The position numbers were made by a program, and so were the translations under genes. 64,000 nucleotides of DNA from Candidatus Saccharimonadales bacterium (GTDB taxonomy: Bacteria > Patescibacteriota > Saccharimonadia > Saccharimonadales > UBA10212): the NCBI GenBank assembly GCA_040900055.1, contig JBBDZU010000007.1, forward strand, positions 169,705 through 233,704, in the 5' to 3' direction. The notes under the pieces were generated by a model. It made no database searches. It was not told the origin of the DNA and saw nothing but the letters and a program-made list of their open reading frames with translations. Positions 8,274 through 17,186 of the stretch are shown piece by piece; position 1 is the stretch's first letter; each line of letters starts with the position of its first letter.

Positions 8274-9137
8274 TCATCTATAGAAGATCTTGCCGCTAAC
8301 TCGTACATCCAAGTATAGTTCCGGATTTATATTAGCTGCTGTAAAATGCTCACGAGCAGCCAAGAACTGACCGATTTGCGAGCGGGCATCGCCAGCTAAA
8401 TTAAACTTAATAAAATAAGGCTTATCTGTCGTTCTTAAGTTAAGTTCGTGTGGTCTGGGCGGTAGAGTTAGAGATTTTATGGGGGCCCCTGCCTTTTTAG
8501 ATTGGTTAACTACAGCCTTAATAAAATCAACAGCTGATTTGCTCATGGCCTTTTGATCTTTTTTAAGCTCAAACCCGCTTTGATCATCAATTACTGTCAG
8601 CCCACTTATCTTAGGTAGCTCCTGCTTTAGCGCGACTGTTCGACCCATGGCATCAACAATGTAAGTCGAGGTATTGCTGGTTACAAAAAAGGTCGGTGCA
8701 GCAATATCAAGCTTAACGGTTGGCCGCTGGCTTATGGGCGACAAATGCAAGGAAGCGGTAGTAATTTCCGGGAACTTCTTTTTTAAAGAGTCTGCTACTT
8801 TAGCTTCGTCTAAGGTCACCTTGTTTCGATTCTTTAGTTTTTTTAAGTAGGCTTCGGCGGCTTTTTGGTAGGTAGCTTGGCTGTTGTAGGACAGATCGCT
8901 GACTTGCATATGAGGCCGAGGCTTAAGACTTAATATATATACCAAGCCGTAAATAACCAGACCAATTAACATTAAGTCTAATAATCTTGATAACACCGGT
9001 CGCTTTTTTTTGAGTTTGGGTTTTGGCTTAAAGGGGCTGGGGGCAGGTTTAATATCGCCCTTATAATACTTGGTGGCGGGTACCCGGCCGGTTGGCTGTC
9101 GGACTCTAAGGCGAGAATGAGGCCGGGCCACTACCAC
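8274..9137 (-). CDS. FtsQ/DivIB-like cell division protein
   Basis: 287 aa. Basic N-terminus, one TM helix (LMLIGLVIYGLVYILSL), POTRA-like region. It sits directly after murG at the end of the dcw cluster. Confidence 0.6.
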   Translation of the reverse strand: MVVARPHSRLRVRQPTGRVPATKYYKGDIKPAPSPFKPKPKLKKKRPVLSRLLDLMLIGLVIYGLVYILSLKPRPHMQVSDLSYNSQATYQKAAEAYLKKLKNRNKVTLDEAKVADSLKKKFPEITTASLHLSPISQRPTVKLDIAAPTFFVTSNTSTYIVDAMGRTVALKQELPKISGLTVIDDQSGFELKKDQKAMSKSAVDFIKAVVNQSKKAGAPIKSLTLPPRPHELNLRTTDKPYFIKFNLAGDARSQIGQFLAAREHFTAANINPELYLDVRVSGKIFYR

Positions 9138-10352
9138 CTACCTGGCATTTAAGGGTTTAGCAACTTTTAGCAAGATTTTAGCGATTTCAGTGGCTGCATT
9201 CATTTTGACTGTTTTGTTTAGGTTTTTAGCCAGCTGCCAGCGACGGTGATCATTACGCAAGAGTTCACTAACTAAGACCAGCAGCTCGTCAGGGCTTATG
9301 TCGTTACCTGCGACAACGGCTGCATCCCGCATTTGAAGTTCCTCGGCATTCTTCAGTTGATGGCCGCCTGCCAAAAATGGGCTAGGAATAATGATGCAGG
9401 CTTTAGATAAAGCAGCAAATTCGGCTATCGAAGTGGCACCGGCTCGGCTAACAATCAAGTCCGAAACAGCAGTAAGCTGGGAAAATTTATCACTAAATCC
9501 CATAACTAAGACTCTTTTAAGTTGGGATTCGCTAAGGCTCCGGCGATATTTACTTAGAATATTATTTTCGTGTGTCCGACCGGCTATATGAACAATGTGA
9601 AGCGACAAATTAGACTCTAACAGCTTGGGGGCAATTTTAACTAGCTTGTTATTAATTGTTAGCGATCCATGACCACCGCCGGCGACCAATAAGACTAGGC
9701 TGTCTTTAGGTAGGTGGAGCTGGCTTTTTAGACTTTTAGTCTCGGTATTACTTAGCGGTCTTAAGTCTTTTGGTAATGGAATGCCAACATGCACAGTCTG
9801 TTGTTTGGGGTAAGGATAGTACTTAGCTGGCATACCAGTAGTATTGACTACAGCCCATCGCCCGACTAGACGATTAGCTAGCCCGGCATTAGCGTCTGAA
9901 TCGTGAGTAATGATAGGTATCTTGAGCAATTTGGCAGCTAAGCCGACTGGTACCGCAATAAATCCACCTTTTAAAAAGACTACTTGTGGACGAACCCGAC
10001 GCAATATTTTTAACGCGGCTGCACAAGCTACAAAAACTCTAAAAAAATCACGCGCATTTAAGGCAAGTGTCCGAACGTCAACTGCGTGTGCCAGTAGACT
10101 CTCGCCGTGGTAGCGCCGAAATTTACCTCCAGAAACGAAAGCCAAAAAGTCAAAACTCTGACTATGCAGTTTTAAAGTGTCAAATTTATCACCTTTGTGA
10201 CCGATATAGACAATTTGGCACTTGGGTTTAAGTACTTTAAGCTCTTGGGCGAGTGACAGAAGCGGGATTATATGGCCGCCTGAGCCGCCGCCTGCCAGGA
10301 CCACTGTAAGATCTTGAGGCGGAAGTGGGGCCGTTTTTTGGTTCGATAACAT
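9138..10352 (-). CDS. murG: Lipid II glycosyltransferase MurG
   Basis: 404 aa. N-terminal G-loop VVLAGGGSGGHIIP. GT28 architecture and dcw context. Confidence 0.92.
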   Translation of the reverse strand: MLSNQKTAPLPPQDLTVVLAGGGSGGHIIPLLSLAQELKVLKPKCQIVYIGHKGDKFDTLKLHSQSFDFLAFVSGGKFRRYHGESLLAHAVDVRTLALNARDFFRVFVACAAALKILRRVRPQVVFLKGGFIAVPVGLAAKLLKIPIITHDSDANAGLANRLVGRWAVVNTTGMPAKYYPYPKQQTVHVGIPLPKDLRPLSNTETKSLKSQLHLPKDSLVLLVAGGGHGSLTINNKLVKIAPKLLESNLSLHIVHIAGRTHENNILSKYRRSLSESQLKRVLVMGFSDKFSQLTAVSDLIVSRAGATSIAEFAALSKACIIIPSPFLAGGHQLKNAEELQMRDAAVVAGNDISPDELLVLVSELLRNDHRRWQLAKNLNKTVKMNAATEIAKILLKVAKPLNAR

Positions 10353-11529
10353 CGTAACTAGTATAACGCGAAATCTGGAAAACCACCCCTAGGGCTGCTG
10401 TTAAGAAGATGATGCTGGTGCCGCCTTGACTAACTAAGGGCAATGTAATCCCCTTAAGCGGCAGCAAGCCTATCATAGCTCCAATATTAATAATCATCTG
10501 GGTACTAAACCAGGCCAAAACCCCTACCACAACTAATCGGCTAAAGACGTCAGCTGTTTTGCTAATAATGGTTTTTAGCCGACTGATTAAAACAGCGTAA
10601 ATAGCTACAACGATTGCCGAGCCTATAAAACCAAACTTCTCGGCAATGATAGCAAAAATGGAGTCATTAGAAGCTTCTGGCAAGTAGCCATAGGCCTGGA
10701 CGCTGTGGCCAAGACCCAGCCCAACTAACCCTCCCGACCCCACAGACTTTAGAGCCTGGCAGGCTTGATAGCCACTGCCCAAACAGTCACTCTGGGGGTT
10801 GAGAAAAGTTGCCAGGCGCTCACGGCGATAGTTGCTTGAAGCTATGGCTATCGTCAAAATAAGTAGCACGGTTGCTGCTATCAAGCCGATCCTTTTTAAG
10901 GGTACGCCGGCAACATATGCCATTAAGGCAGTTATAGCCAACACTACGCCGGCTGAGCCTAAATCGCTTTGGGCTTTAGCAATAACAAAGGCTATAGCTA
11001 TTAAAATAATGAGCAGAGGTCTAATCGTAGCCGAGGAGTCGGCTATTTTACCAGCTCGGAAACGCTGCGCCAAAAAGCCGGCCAGCCAGATTATAAGAGC
11101 TAGCTTAATTAACTCAACAACCTGAAACGACAGACCGCCTACTCTAATCCAGCGGTGAGCCTGGTAGATAGAGTCTACCGGCATAAACATAACTACAGCC
11201 GAGGCAAGAATTGCAGCGTACGCTAACGGCCTAGCCAACCTATGCCAAAGGCTAATTGGCAAACGCGCAGCCAAACCGAAAACTGCCAGACCAAGCACTA
11301 CGTCAATAAACTGCTTGGTGATAAAGTAGTTTTGGCTAACATTTTGGCTGGCAGCTAAGCCTGGACTAATAGAAAAAACCACAATGAAACCAATTGTTAG
11401 AAGTAAGGTCGCACCAATCAACAGCCAGTAATCAGGTTTATGCCGACGACCTACGTATGTGCCATCAGCAGGGTTTGCAGCAGCCGCAGCTACTAGGCGG
11501 CTACCAGTTAGCACCCGCCTACCGATCAC
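10237..11529 (-). CDS. ftsW: SEDS-family peptidoglycan polymerase FtsW/RodA
   Basis: 430 aa polytopic membrane protein. PLKGITLPLVSQGGTS motif. Located between mraY and murG. Confidence 0.9.
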   Translation of the reverse strand: MIGRRVLTGSRLVAAAAANPADGTYVGRRHKPDYWLLIGATLLLTIGFIVVFSISPGLAASQNVSQNYFITKQFIDVVLGLAVFGLAARLPISLWHRLARPLAYAAILASAVVMFMPVDSIYQAHRWIRVGGLSFQVVELIKLALIIWLAGFLAQRFRAGKIADSSATIRPLLIILIAIAFVIAKAQSDLGSAGVVLAITALMAYVAGVPLKRIGLIAATVLLILTIAIASSNYRRERLATFLNPQSDCLGSGYQACQALKSVGSGGLVGLGLGHSVQAYGYLPEASNDSIFAIIAEKFGFIGSAIVVAIYAVLISRLKTIISKTADVFSRLVVVGVLAWFSTQMIINIGAMIGLLPLKGITLPLVSQGGTSIIFLTAALGVVFQISRYTSYDVIEPKNGPTSASRSYSGPGRRRLRRPYNPASVTRPRA

Positions 11530-11530
11530 C

Positions 11531-12571
11531 TTAGGCCGGCCCTCCTAAGACAAATAAAATTAACCCGATAAAGGCCGCTATCTGGCCTATTACCCAAAAT
11601 CGCATAGTTACTTTAGTCTCTGGCCAGCCCATAGCTTCAAAGTGGTGATGTATCGGTGTGGAACGGAAAATCTTTTTGCCTGCCCTTAGCTTTTTGCTGA
11701 TAATTTGGAGGGCCACACTGCCGGTTTCAAAGACAAAAACTAACCCGATTATGGGTAGTAACAGCACTGTATCGGTCAACATAGCCACTACACCCAGTGC
11801 TGTACCCAGAGCAAACGATCCAACATCGCCCATAAAAAACCTAGCCGGGTAAATATTAAACCAGGTGTAGGCAAGTAGTGCCCCCGTAACCGTCATGCAA
11901 AAGCCAGACAAGCCGTACTTTTTTTCGATCAGAGCGATAAGCGCATAGGCGCCAAAAGCAATAGCTGCTAATCCGCCAGCCAGACCATCCAAGCCGTCGG
12001 TGATATTAACGGCATTGGCTGTCGAGAAAATAACCAGTACAAACAAAGGGATTATTAGCCAGCCAATGTGGACGGCATCAAAAAACGGTATGTGAATAGT
12101 TGTCACATCAAGTTTTGCATAAAACCACCAACCGCCAACTAAAGCTACGGCCGTAAGTAACAATGACTTAATTTTGGCTCGCATGCCAGCAATTCCCCGG
12201 CCGACGGCTTTAATGTTGATGATGTCATCAAATAGGCCTACCATTCCCGCTCCAACCATGGCGGCCAGCGGCAGCCAAGTTTCCGAACGGCTTAGGTTAC
12301 CGGCTAAAGTTACTATCAATATCGATAGCACAAAGATAATCCCAGCCATAGTCGGTATATTGCGCTGATGTTTGGCGGCGTGAAGCTTGTTATAAACACT
12401 GGAGACCTCACCGGTTATGGCCACTGTACGGGCCTTTTTCCACCATTTACCAGCAAATGCAGCAGTGGTGTAAAGAGGAGTTAAAGCCATGCAGACGATA
12501 AAACTTAAAAACCCTAGTGCAAAAATCTGCTCTATGGTGCCAGAATCAGCAACAATCGATAAATTACTCAT
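11531..12571 (-). CDS. mraY: Phospho-N-acetylmuramoyl-pentapeptide transferase MraY
   Basis: 346 aa with NAVNITDGLDGLAGG and PIHHHFE signatures. Confidence 0.95.
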   Translation of the reverse strand: MSNLSIVADSGTIEQIFALGFLSFIVCMALTPLYTTAAFAGKWWKKARTVAITGEVSSVYNKLHAAKHQRNIPTMAGIIFVLSILIVTLAGNLSRSETWLPLAAMVGAGMVGLFDDIINIKAVGRGIAGMRAKIKSLLLTAVALVGGWWFYAKLDVTTIHIPFFDAVHIGWLIIPLFVLVIFSTANAVNITDGLDGLAGGLAAIAFGAYALIALIEKKYGLSGFCMTVTGALLAYTWFNIYPARFFMGDVGSFALGTALGVVAMLTDTVLLLPIIGLVFVFETGSVALQIISKKLRAGKKIFRSTPIHHHFEAMGWPETKVTMRFWVIGQIAAFIGLILFVLGGPA

Positions 12572-12606
12572 CTTTTAACTTGCTCGCCATATTATAGCAC
12601 TAACGT

Positions 12607-14376
12607 TTAGGGAGAGTTTTTGGGTGGCACGTTAAAATTACTAATAAGCATACGGGCTAAATCTCCAAAAATAGGTTGAGCGGCGCCAGCACCAGCATAA
12701 GTGCCTATACGTGGCTCCCTGACAACTATGGCGATAACATACTTGGGCACATCGCCCCCAACAAAACCTATATATGTCCCGTTAAACCTATCCTCATAAT
12801 AGCCGCCAGCCGGATTGGCAATTTGTGGCGTACCAGTTTTGCCGCCGATGCCATAGTTAGGATTAAGCTTTGGACTAAAATTGTGATTAGTAACCACATA
12901 TTCCATTAGCCTACGAAGAGCTTGGCTGGTCTGAGCTGATACTACATTTTTTCTGACAATTTTAGGTGTTTTGGGAACCTTGTCACCTTTGGCATTATAG
13001 GTAGCGTCAATTAAACGTGGTTGCCAGTAAGTTCCGCCGTTAACTATCGACGATAAGGCTGCTGCCATCTGAAGTGGCGTTAAGGTCATAGCCTGACCAA
13101 AAGACGTATTGGCGTAAGCTAAGTCAAGGGCGAAGCCCGAATTTGGCGGTGGTATATAACCTGCGGCCTCATAACCCTGCTCGATGCCTGTTGGTTTGCC
13201 CAAGCGGTAATGCTCTGTCATGTAGTTATGCCATCGCTCCCTGGCCTGCTTATTAATCTCGCCGCCTCCCATTTGCATTAACATCCAGGTCGCTCCAGTG
13301 TTTAGCGACAAGTTTAAAATGTCGGCTATATTCCGCTGTCCGGGTCCGGAAATCTCCCTAATATTTGTCACAGGATGGCCGTTTAGTGTCCAGCGATTGG
13401 GGTCGTAGTAGCTGGTGTCTTCCTTGATAACTCCGAGATCCAAAGCGGCAGCGGCAGTTAAGACCTTCATCGAAGAACCTATCTCTAAAGCCGAGCCTAC
13501 TGCCGGATTGGCAAAAATGTTTTGGTCGCTAACCTTAAAATATTCCGCCGGATTATAGGTTGGAAAATTAGCCATAGCTTTTATGGCGCCGCTATATGGA
13601 TCCATGATTAAAGCGCTGCCAGCTTTGGAGTTTGCCCGGCTTAGACCTTTCGCCAAAATGCTCTCTAACTCTTTTTGCATTGCTAGATCAATAGTCAACC
13701 TGACCTTTTTGCCGGGCACAGGATCTATTTGGGTATTCTCTTTAGAAGCTACCAGCGGCACACCGTTGGCGTCGGTTATAGCTTTTAGCCGACCCGGCTG
13801 CCCAGCAAAATCATAATCTAAGGCCTGCTCTATTCCATAATTACCCTTGCCTTCGCTGTTCACAAAACCAAGTATTTGTGCAGCCAAACTTCCTTGGGGG
13901 TAGGTTCTATAGTGCTCGGCCTGGACACCAACGCCCGGCAATTTAAGAGCAACTATCTTATCTTTTTGCGATTCCGATAAACGCTTGGTTAAAACTACAT
14001 AGCGAGTGTCCCTTTTTTTCATCAGAACCTCGTAGTCAGCTGGCTTGGCCGCCGTAATATCCGCGGTCTTTGCTGCCGCAAGCTTTACGTCAGAAATTAA
14101 TCCGGGGTCACCAAAAAGCGTGTAAAGTTTTTCGTTTAAGACCAGCGGCACCGCTTTATCGCCCTGGTAGGCTTCGATAATGCCCCGCTCTGCCGGGATG
14201 ACGTATTCCTTAAGCTGATCGCTTAAGGCCTGCGTGCGGTAGAAATCATGTTTAATTACCTGTAAATAAAAAAGTCTGGCAATAAACGCCACACATATTA
14301 ATACAAGCAAGCCGTACCATACGTTCAGTCGTAGGTTACTGCTCACATTCCCGTGGCCGGACATGTCCCATCTCAT
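12607..14376 (-). CDS. ftsI: Class B penicillin-binding transpeptidase (FtsI/PBP2-like)
   Basis: 589 aa. N-terminal TM anchor, SxxK (GSSMK), KTGT (GGKTGTPQ). dcw position. Confidence 0.9.
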   Translation of the reverse strand: MRWDMSGHGNVSSNLRLNVWYGLLVLICVAFIARLFYLQVIKHDFYRTQALSDQLKEYVIPAERGIIEAYQGDKAVPLVLNEKLYTLFGDPGLISDVKLAAAKTADITAAKPADYEVLMKKRDTRYVVLTKRLSESQKDKIVALKLPGVGVQAEHYRTYPQGSLAAQILGFVNSEGKGNYGIEQALDYDFAGQPGRLKAITDANGVPLVASKENTQIDPVPGKKVRLTIDLAMQKELESILAKGLSRANSKAGSALIMDPYSGAIKAMANFPTYNPAEYFKVSDQNIFANPAVGSALEIGSSMKVLTAAAALDLGVIKEDTSYYDPNRWTLNGHPVTNIREISGPGQRNIADILNLSLNTGATWMLMQMGGGEINKQARERWHNYMTEHYRLGKPTGIEQGYEAAGYIPPPNSGFALDLAYANTSFGQAMTLTPLQMAAALSSIVNGGTYWQPRLIDATYNAKGDKVPKTPKIVRKNVVSAQTSQALRRLMEYVVTNHNFSPKLNPNYGIGGKTGTPQIANPAGGYYEDRFNGTYIGFVGGDVPKYVIAIVVREPRIGTYAGAGAAQPIFGDLARMLISNFNVPPKNSP

Positions 14377-14436
14377 TTACACCCCACGTAAGTTTATTAT
14401 CCGATTTCTTATGCGCATTTTAAGTAAAGGTCGAGC

Positions 14437-14832
14437 TTAGCGGACAACACCTGAAGGTGTTGCAGATACCAAGCTTTTGGCCACTTGGCTGTTAGCAATT
14501 CTATCAAGTGACTGCAAACGAGCCGCGGCTACTTCTAGGTTTGCTTTCTCGCTTTGCAGCAGTGAGTGCTGTTTTTGCAGCTCGTTAATAGTGTAGCCAT
14601 GGCTGTTTGTCTTTGTAACTTGGGTTAAATAAAGAAGTCCAATTAGACAAGCCAGAAACAGCAAAATTATGGTATTGCTTATTGGCCCTATGGCTTTGAC
14701 TGCTTCGCTTGCAGCTACAAAGTTTTGGTTGCGCCGTCCGTACTGTCGGCGGCTTAGGCTAATTGAGTTTGAATATGTCATATTTTGTTTTTGTTTAGTC
14801 TGGTGGCAGCGCCGGGTTAGCTTAGGGTGCAA
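14437..14832 (-). CDS. FtsL-like small bitopic division protein
   Basis: One TM helix plus the coiled coil ELQKQHSLLQSEKANLEVAAARLQ, between rsmH and ftsI. The true start may be Met18 (14781). Confidence 0.6.
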   Translation of the reverse strand: MHPKLTRRCHQTKQKQNMTYSNSISLSRRQYGRRNQNFVAASEAVKAIGPISNTIILLFLACLIGLLYLTQVTKTNSHGYTINELQKQHSLLQSEKANLEVAAARLQSLDRIANSQVAKSLVSATPSGVVR

Positions 14833-14943
14833 AAACGACGCTGCCTATGGTCCCTCTTTAAGGACCCCTCAGATTACTCTGACGGGCACTTTAGAGGCTC
14901 GAGAGCTTTGGTACTCTACCTTAATCGGCATGAGTTTAACCAT

Positions 14944-15870
14944 TTAACCTTTCTTTGTTTTTATTTTTACTGCGGCCCGTAGCTTTGCGCTGCGAGCTCG
15001 CGGATTGGAAGTAATTTCATCGTCTTTAGCCGAAATGGGTTTCTTGGTCAAGGCTATCAGCTGTTGGTCATAGGAAGTAGCAGTGCGGTCGGCTAAAAAA
15101 CTTTTCACTAGGCGGTCTTCTAAGCTATGGAAGCTAATGACGGCTAACCTACCGCCCTCCGCAAGTAGATCTACCCAAACCGGTAGGCTTGTCGACAGCT
15201 GGCGAAGTTCGTCGTTAACGGCAATTCTAATTGCCTGAAAACTGCGGGTTGCCGGATGAACTTTTGACCGACGGAACTTTTTAGTTCGGGCAATGGTGTA
15301 AGCCAGCTCTGAAGTCGTCTTTAGGGGACGACTGCTAACGATTTTTCGCGCAATCGAACTGGCTTTGGACTCCTGCCCATAGTCGCGCAAGATTTTTGTT
15401 AGTTCAGCCGAGCTACAGTTGTTCACAATTTGTGAAGCTGTCAGTTCTTGGCTTGTATCCATCCGCATATCTAGGGGCCCTGTCTTTGTCAAGGAGAACC
15501 CTCGTTCGGCTTGGTCAAGGTGCGGTGAGCTTAAACCTAAATCTGCCAAAATGATGTCGAATTTGTTGCCTCTCTTTGCGAGTTCGTGGCTGGCGCTCAA
15601 AAAATCCTGGTGGACAATTTGAGTTCCCTGCCCTTTGAAGCGCTTCGCAAGGTAGGCAACCGCTTGAGCGTCGCGGTCTATTAAAACCGCTTTATGGGGC
15701 GCTTTTGTGCGATCTAAAATGGCCGCGGCATGTCCGCCGTACCCGGCGGTTAAATCAAGGTACGACTCGTGCGCCTTTGGTGCCAGAACCTCCAGAACTT
15801 GGGTTAGAAGTACGGGGGCATGGCGCATCTCGGCTCTACCTATGCTACTTTGTTGGTTTTCTTTTGGCAT
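14944..15870 (-). CDS. rsmH: 16S rRNA m4C1402 methyltransferase RsmH
   Basis: HAPVLL, DLTAGYGGH and DLGLSSPHLD motifs. The start could be Met15 (15828). Confidence 0.93.
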   Translation of the reverse strand: MPKENQQSSIGRAEMRHAPVLLTQVLEVLAPKAHESYLDLTAGYGGHAAAILDRTKAPHKAVLIDRDAQAVAYLAKRFKGQGTQIVHQDFLSASHELAKRGNKFDIILADLGLSSPHLDQAERGFSLTKTGPLDMRMDTSQELTASQIVNNCSSAELTKILRDYGQESKASSIARKIVSSRPLKTTSELAYTIARTKKFRRSKVHPATRSFQAIRIAVNDELRQLSTSLPVWVDLLAEGGRLAVISFHSLEDRLVKSFLADRTATSYDQQLIALTKKPISAKDDEITSNPRARSAKLRAAVKIKTKKG

Positions 15871-16190
15871 TTTTGTTTTGGCAAGGCCACCTATTTAGCA
15901 GCCAGCTTTTTGTTTTTATAGTTTTTGTTTTTTATGGCTTCGCCAGATAGGCGAGGCCAGAGCTTAGGGCGCGTCTAGCATTGCCAGACTTGCTACTAGG
16001 CTCGTAAAAGTCCTTTCACAAGGACTTTAAATGAGGTGGAGTTTTGGGAGGTGTTACCTTTTAGAAGGTGCGAGGATTTTTGTTGTCGATGGTTCCTAAT
16101 GCCCACCGGCTGACTGCCAAATAGCTAACCTCGAAGTTTTTTGTACTTTAGTTTTGCTTCCAGATTGTTAAGTTGCTATCAATTCTTTGC

Positions 16191-16550
16191 TTAGCTGTCT
16201 GTCGCAGACAGGCGCCAGTAGCGCCCGGCACGTACACCCACAATGTTTTTGTCGATGCCAGCGTAGTCCAACAAGTGCTGGGGTAGCTGGATCCGACCTT
16301 GTTTAGAGTCAATGTCGGTTTCGTGCTTGCCCGTTCTAAACTTGACGTTGAGGTCGGCCGTAGCTTCATCGAGGATGTTTCCCGAAAGCGCCGGCTCCAT
16401 CAACTCGTCCCAAACGGACTTCGGAAAAAGGTGCAGATACTTTTTGAATCCCCTGGTCACTACTGCTCGGCTGCCAAACTCGAAACGTACTTCGGGAGGC
16501 AGGGTAAGCCTCCGTTTATCGTCTAGTTTGCGCTGCCAGTAGTCTCCCAT
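16191..16550 (-). CDS. mraZ: Transcriptional regulator MraZ (short form)
   Basis: 119 aa with two SpoVT/AbrB-like repeats carrying DDKRRLTLP and DSKQGRIQLP. Confidence 0.88.
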   Translation of the reverse strand: MGDYWQRKLDDKRRLTLPPEVRFEFGSRAVVTRGFKKYLHLFPKSVWDELMEPALSGNILDEATADLNVKFRTGKHETDIDSKQGRIQLPQHLLDYAGIDKNIVGVRAGRYWRLSATDS

Positions 16551-16583
16551 AGTGATTGATCTGCTTAGTGGTTTTTTGTTTTT

Positions 16584-16648
16584 GTGGGTGAGTTAATTAC
16601 TACCCACTTTTACCCACTAACGGCAGTGTACAGTCATTTTCTACCCAC
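16584..16648 (-). promoter_or_regulatory. Candidate MraZ operator: GTGGGTA repeats
   Basis: On the minus strand, GTGGGTA occurs at 16648..16642, 16617..16611 and 16607..16601, the last two 10 nt apart. An inverted gtgggtg lies at 16584-16590. All are 35-100 nt upstream of the mraZ ATG. Confidence 0.55.
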
Positions 16649-16781
16649 TTGCAAGTCTTTTAAAAGAAAAAAGACTCGTTAGAGGAGTCACTTTTCCACA
16701 GTTTTAACAGATATTATTTATTTGCGCAACATATAGCGTCTTGACGGTGCAGTGGCACGCTATTCCCCGTGAGGAGTTCAG

Positions 16782-17084
16782 TTACTTAGGCTGTTCTAGC
16801 GAAGAAGGAGATTGTTTAATCTCATGGCCGTAGGCTTCGCTGAATAGATAAGATATACCTACAGCGCTTAATACTGCGGCTCCTACTACTGCTGCGGTTT
16901 TTCTTGCTCTATGCTTACTGACGTTAGCAGTCGATGGTTCAATAACCTCAGCGGACAAGACGTCTCTAGGTGCGACCCTGCGCGAACCTTCCCAGTCAAG
17001 CTGGGCGGCCATTCGCTGATCTATAGAAGACTGGTCCACTGGTCGTTCGTAAGCTGGTCTTAGCTCGTCTGGTGTTTTTATCAT
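16782..17084 (-). CDS. Hypothetical protein with one C-terminal TM helix
   Basis: 100-aa ORF with TM segment AAVVGAAVLSAVGISYLF. No recognisable domain. Confidence 0.5.
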   Translation of the reverse strand: MIKTPDELRPAYERPVDQSSIDQRMAAQLDWEGSRRVAPRDVLSAEVIEPSTANVSKHRARKTAAVVGAAVLSAVGISYLFSEAYGHEIKQSPSSLEQPK

Positions 17085-17186
17085 AACTATTCTAGTATAG
17101 CATAAAGTACTAAAATGGTCAAGCTTATTTTACTATACCCTTCTCTGCTGTCGTAGAACACTATTCTCTCAAAAACTAAATTTAAA

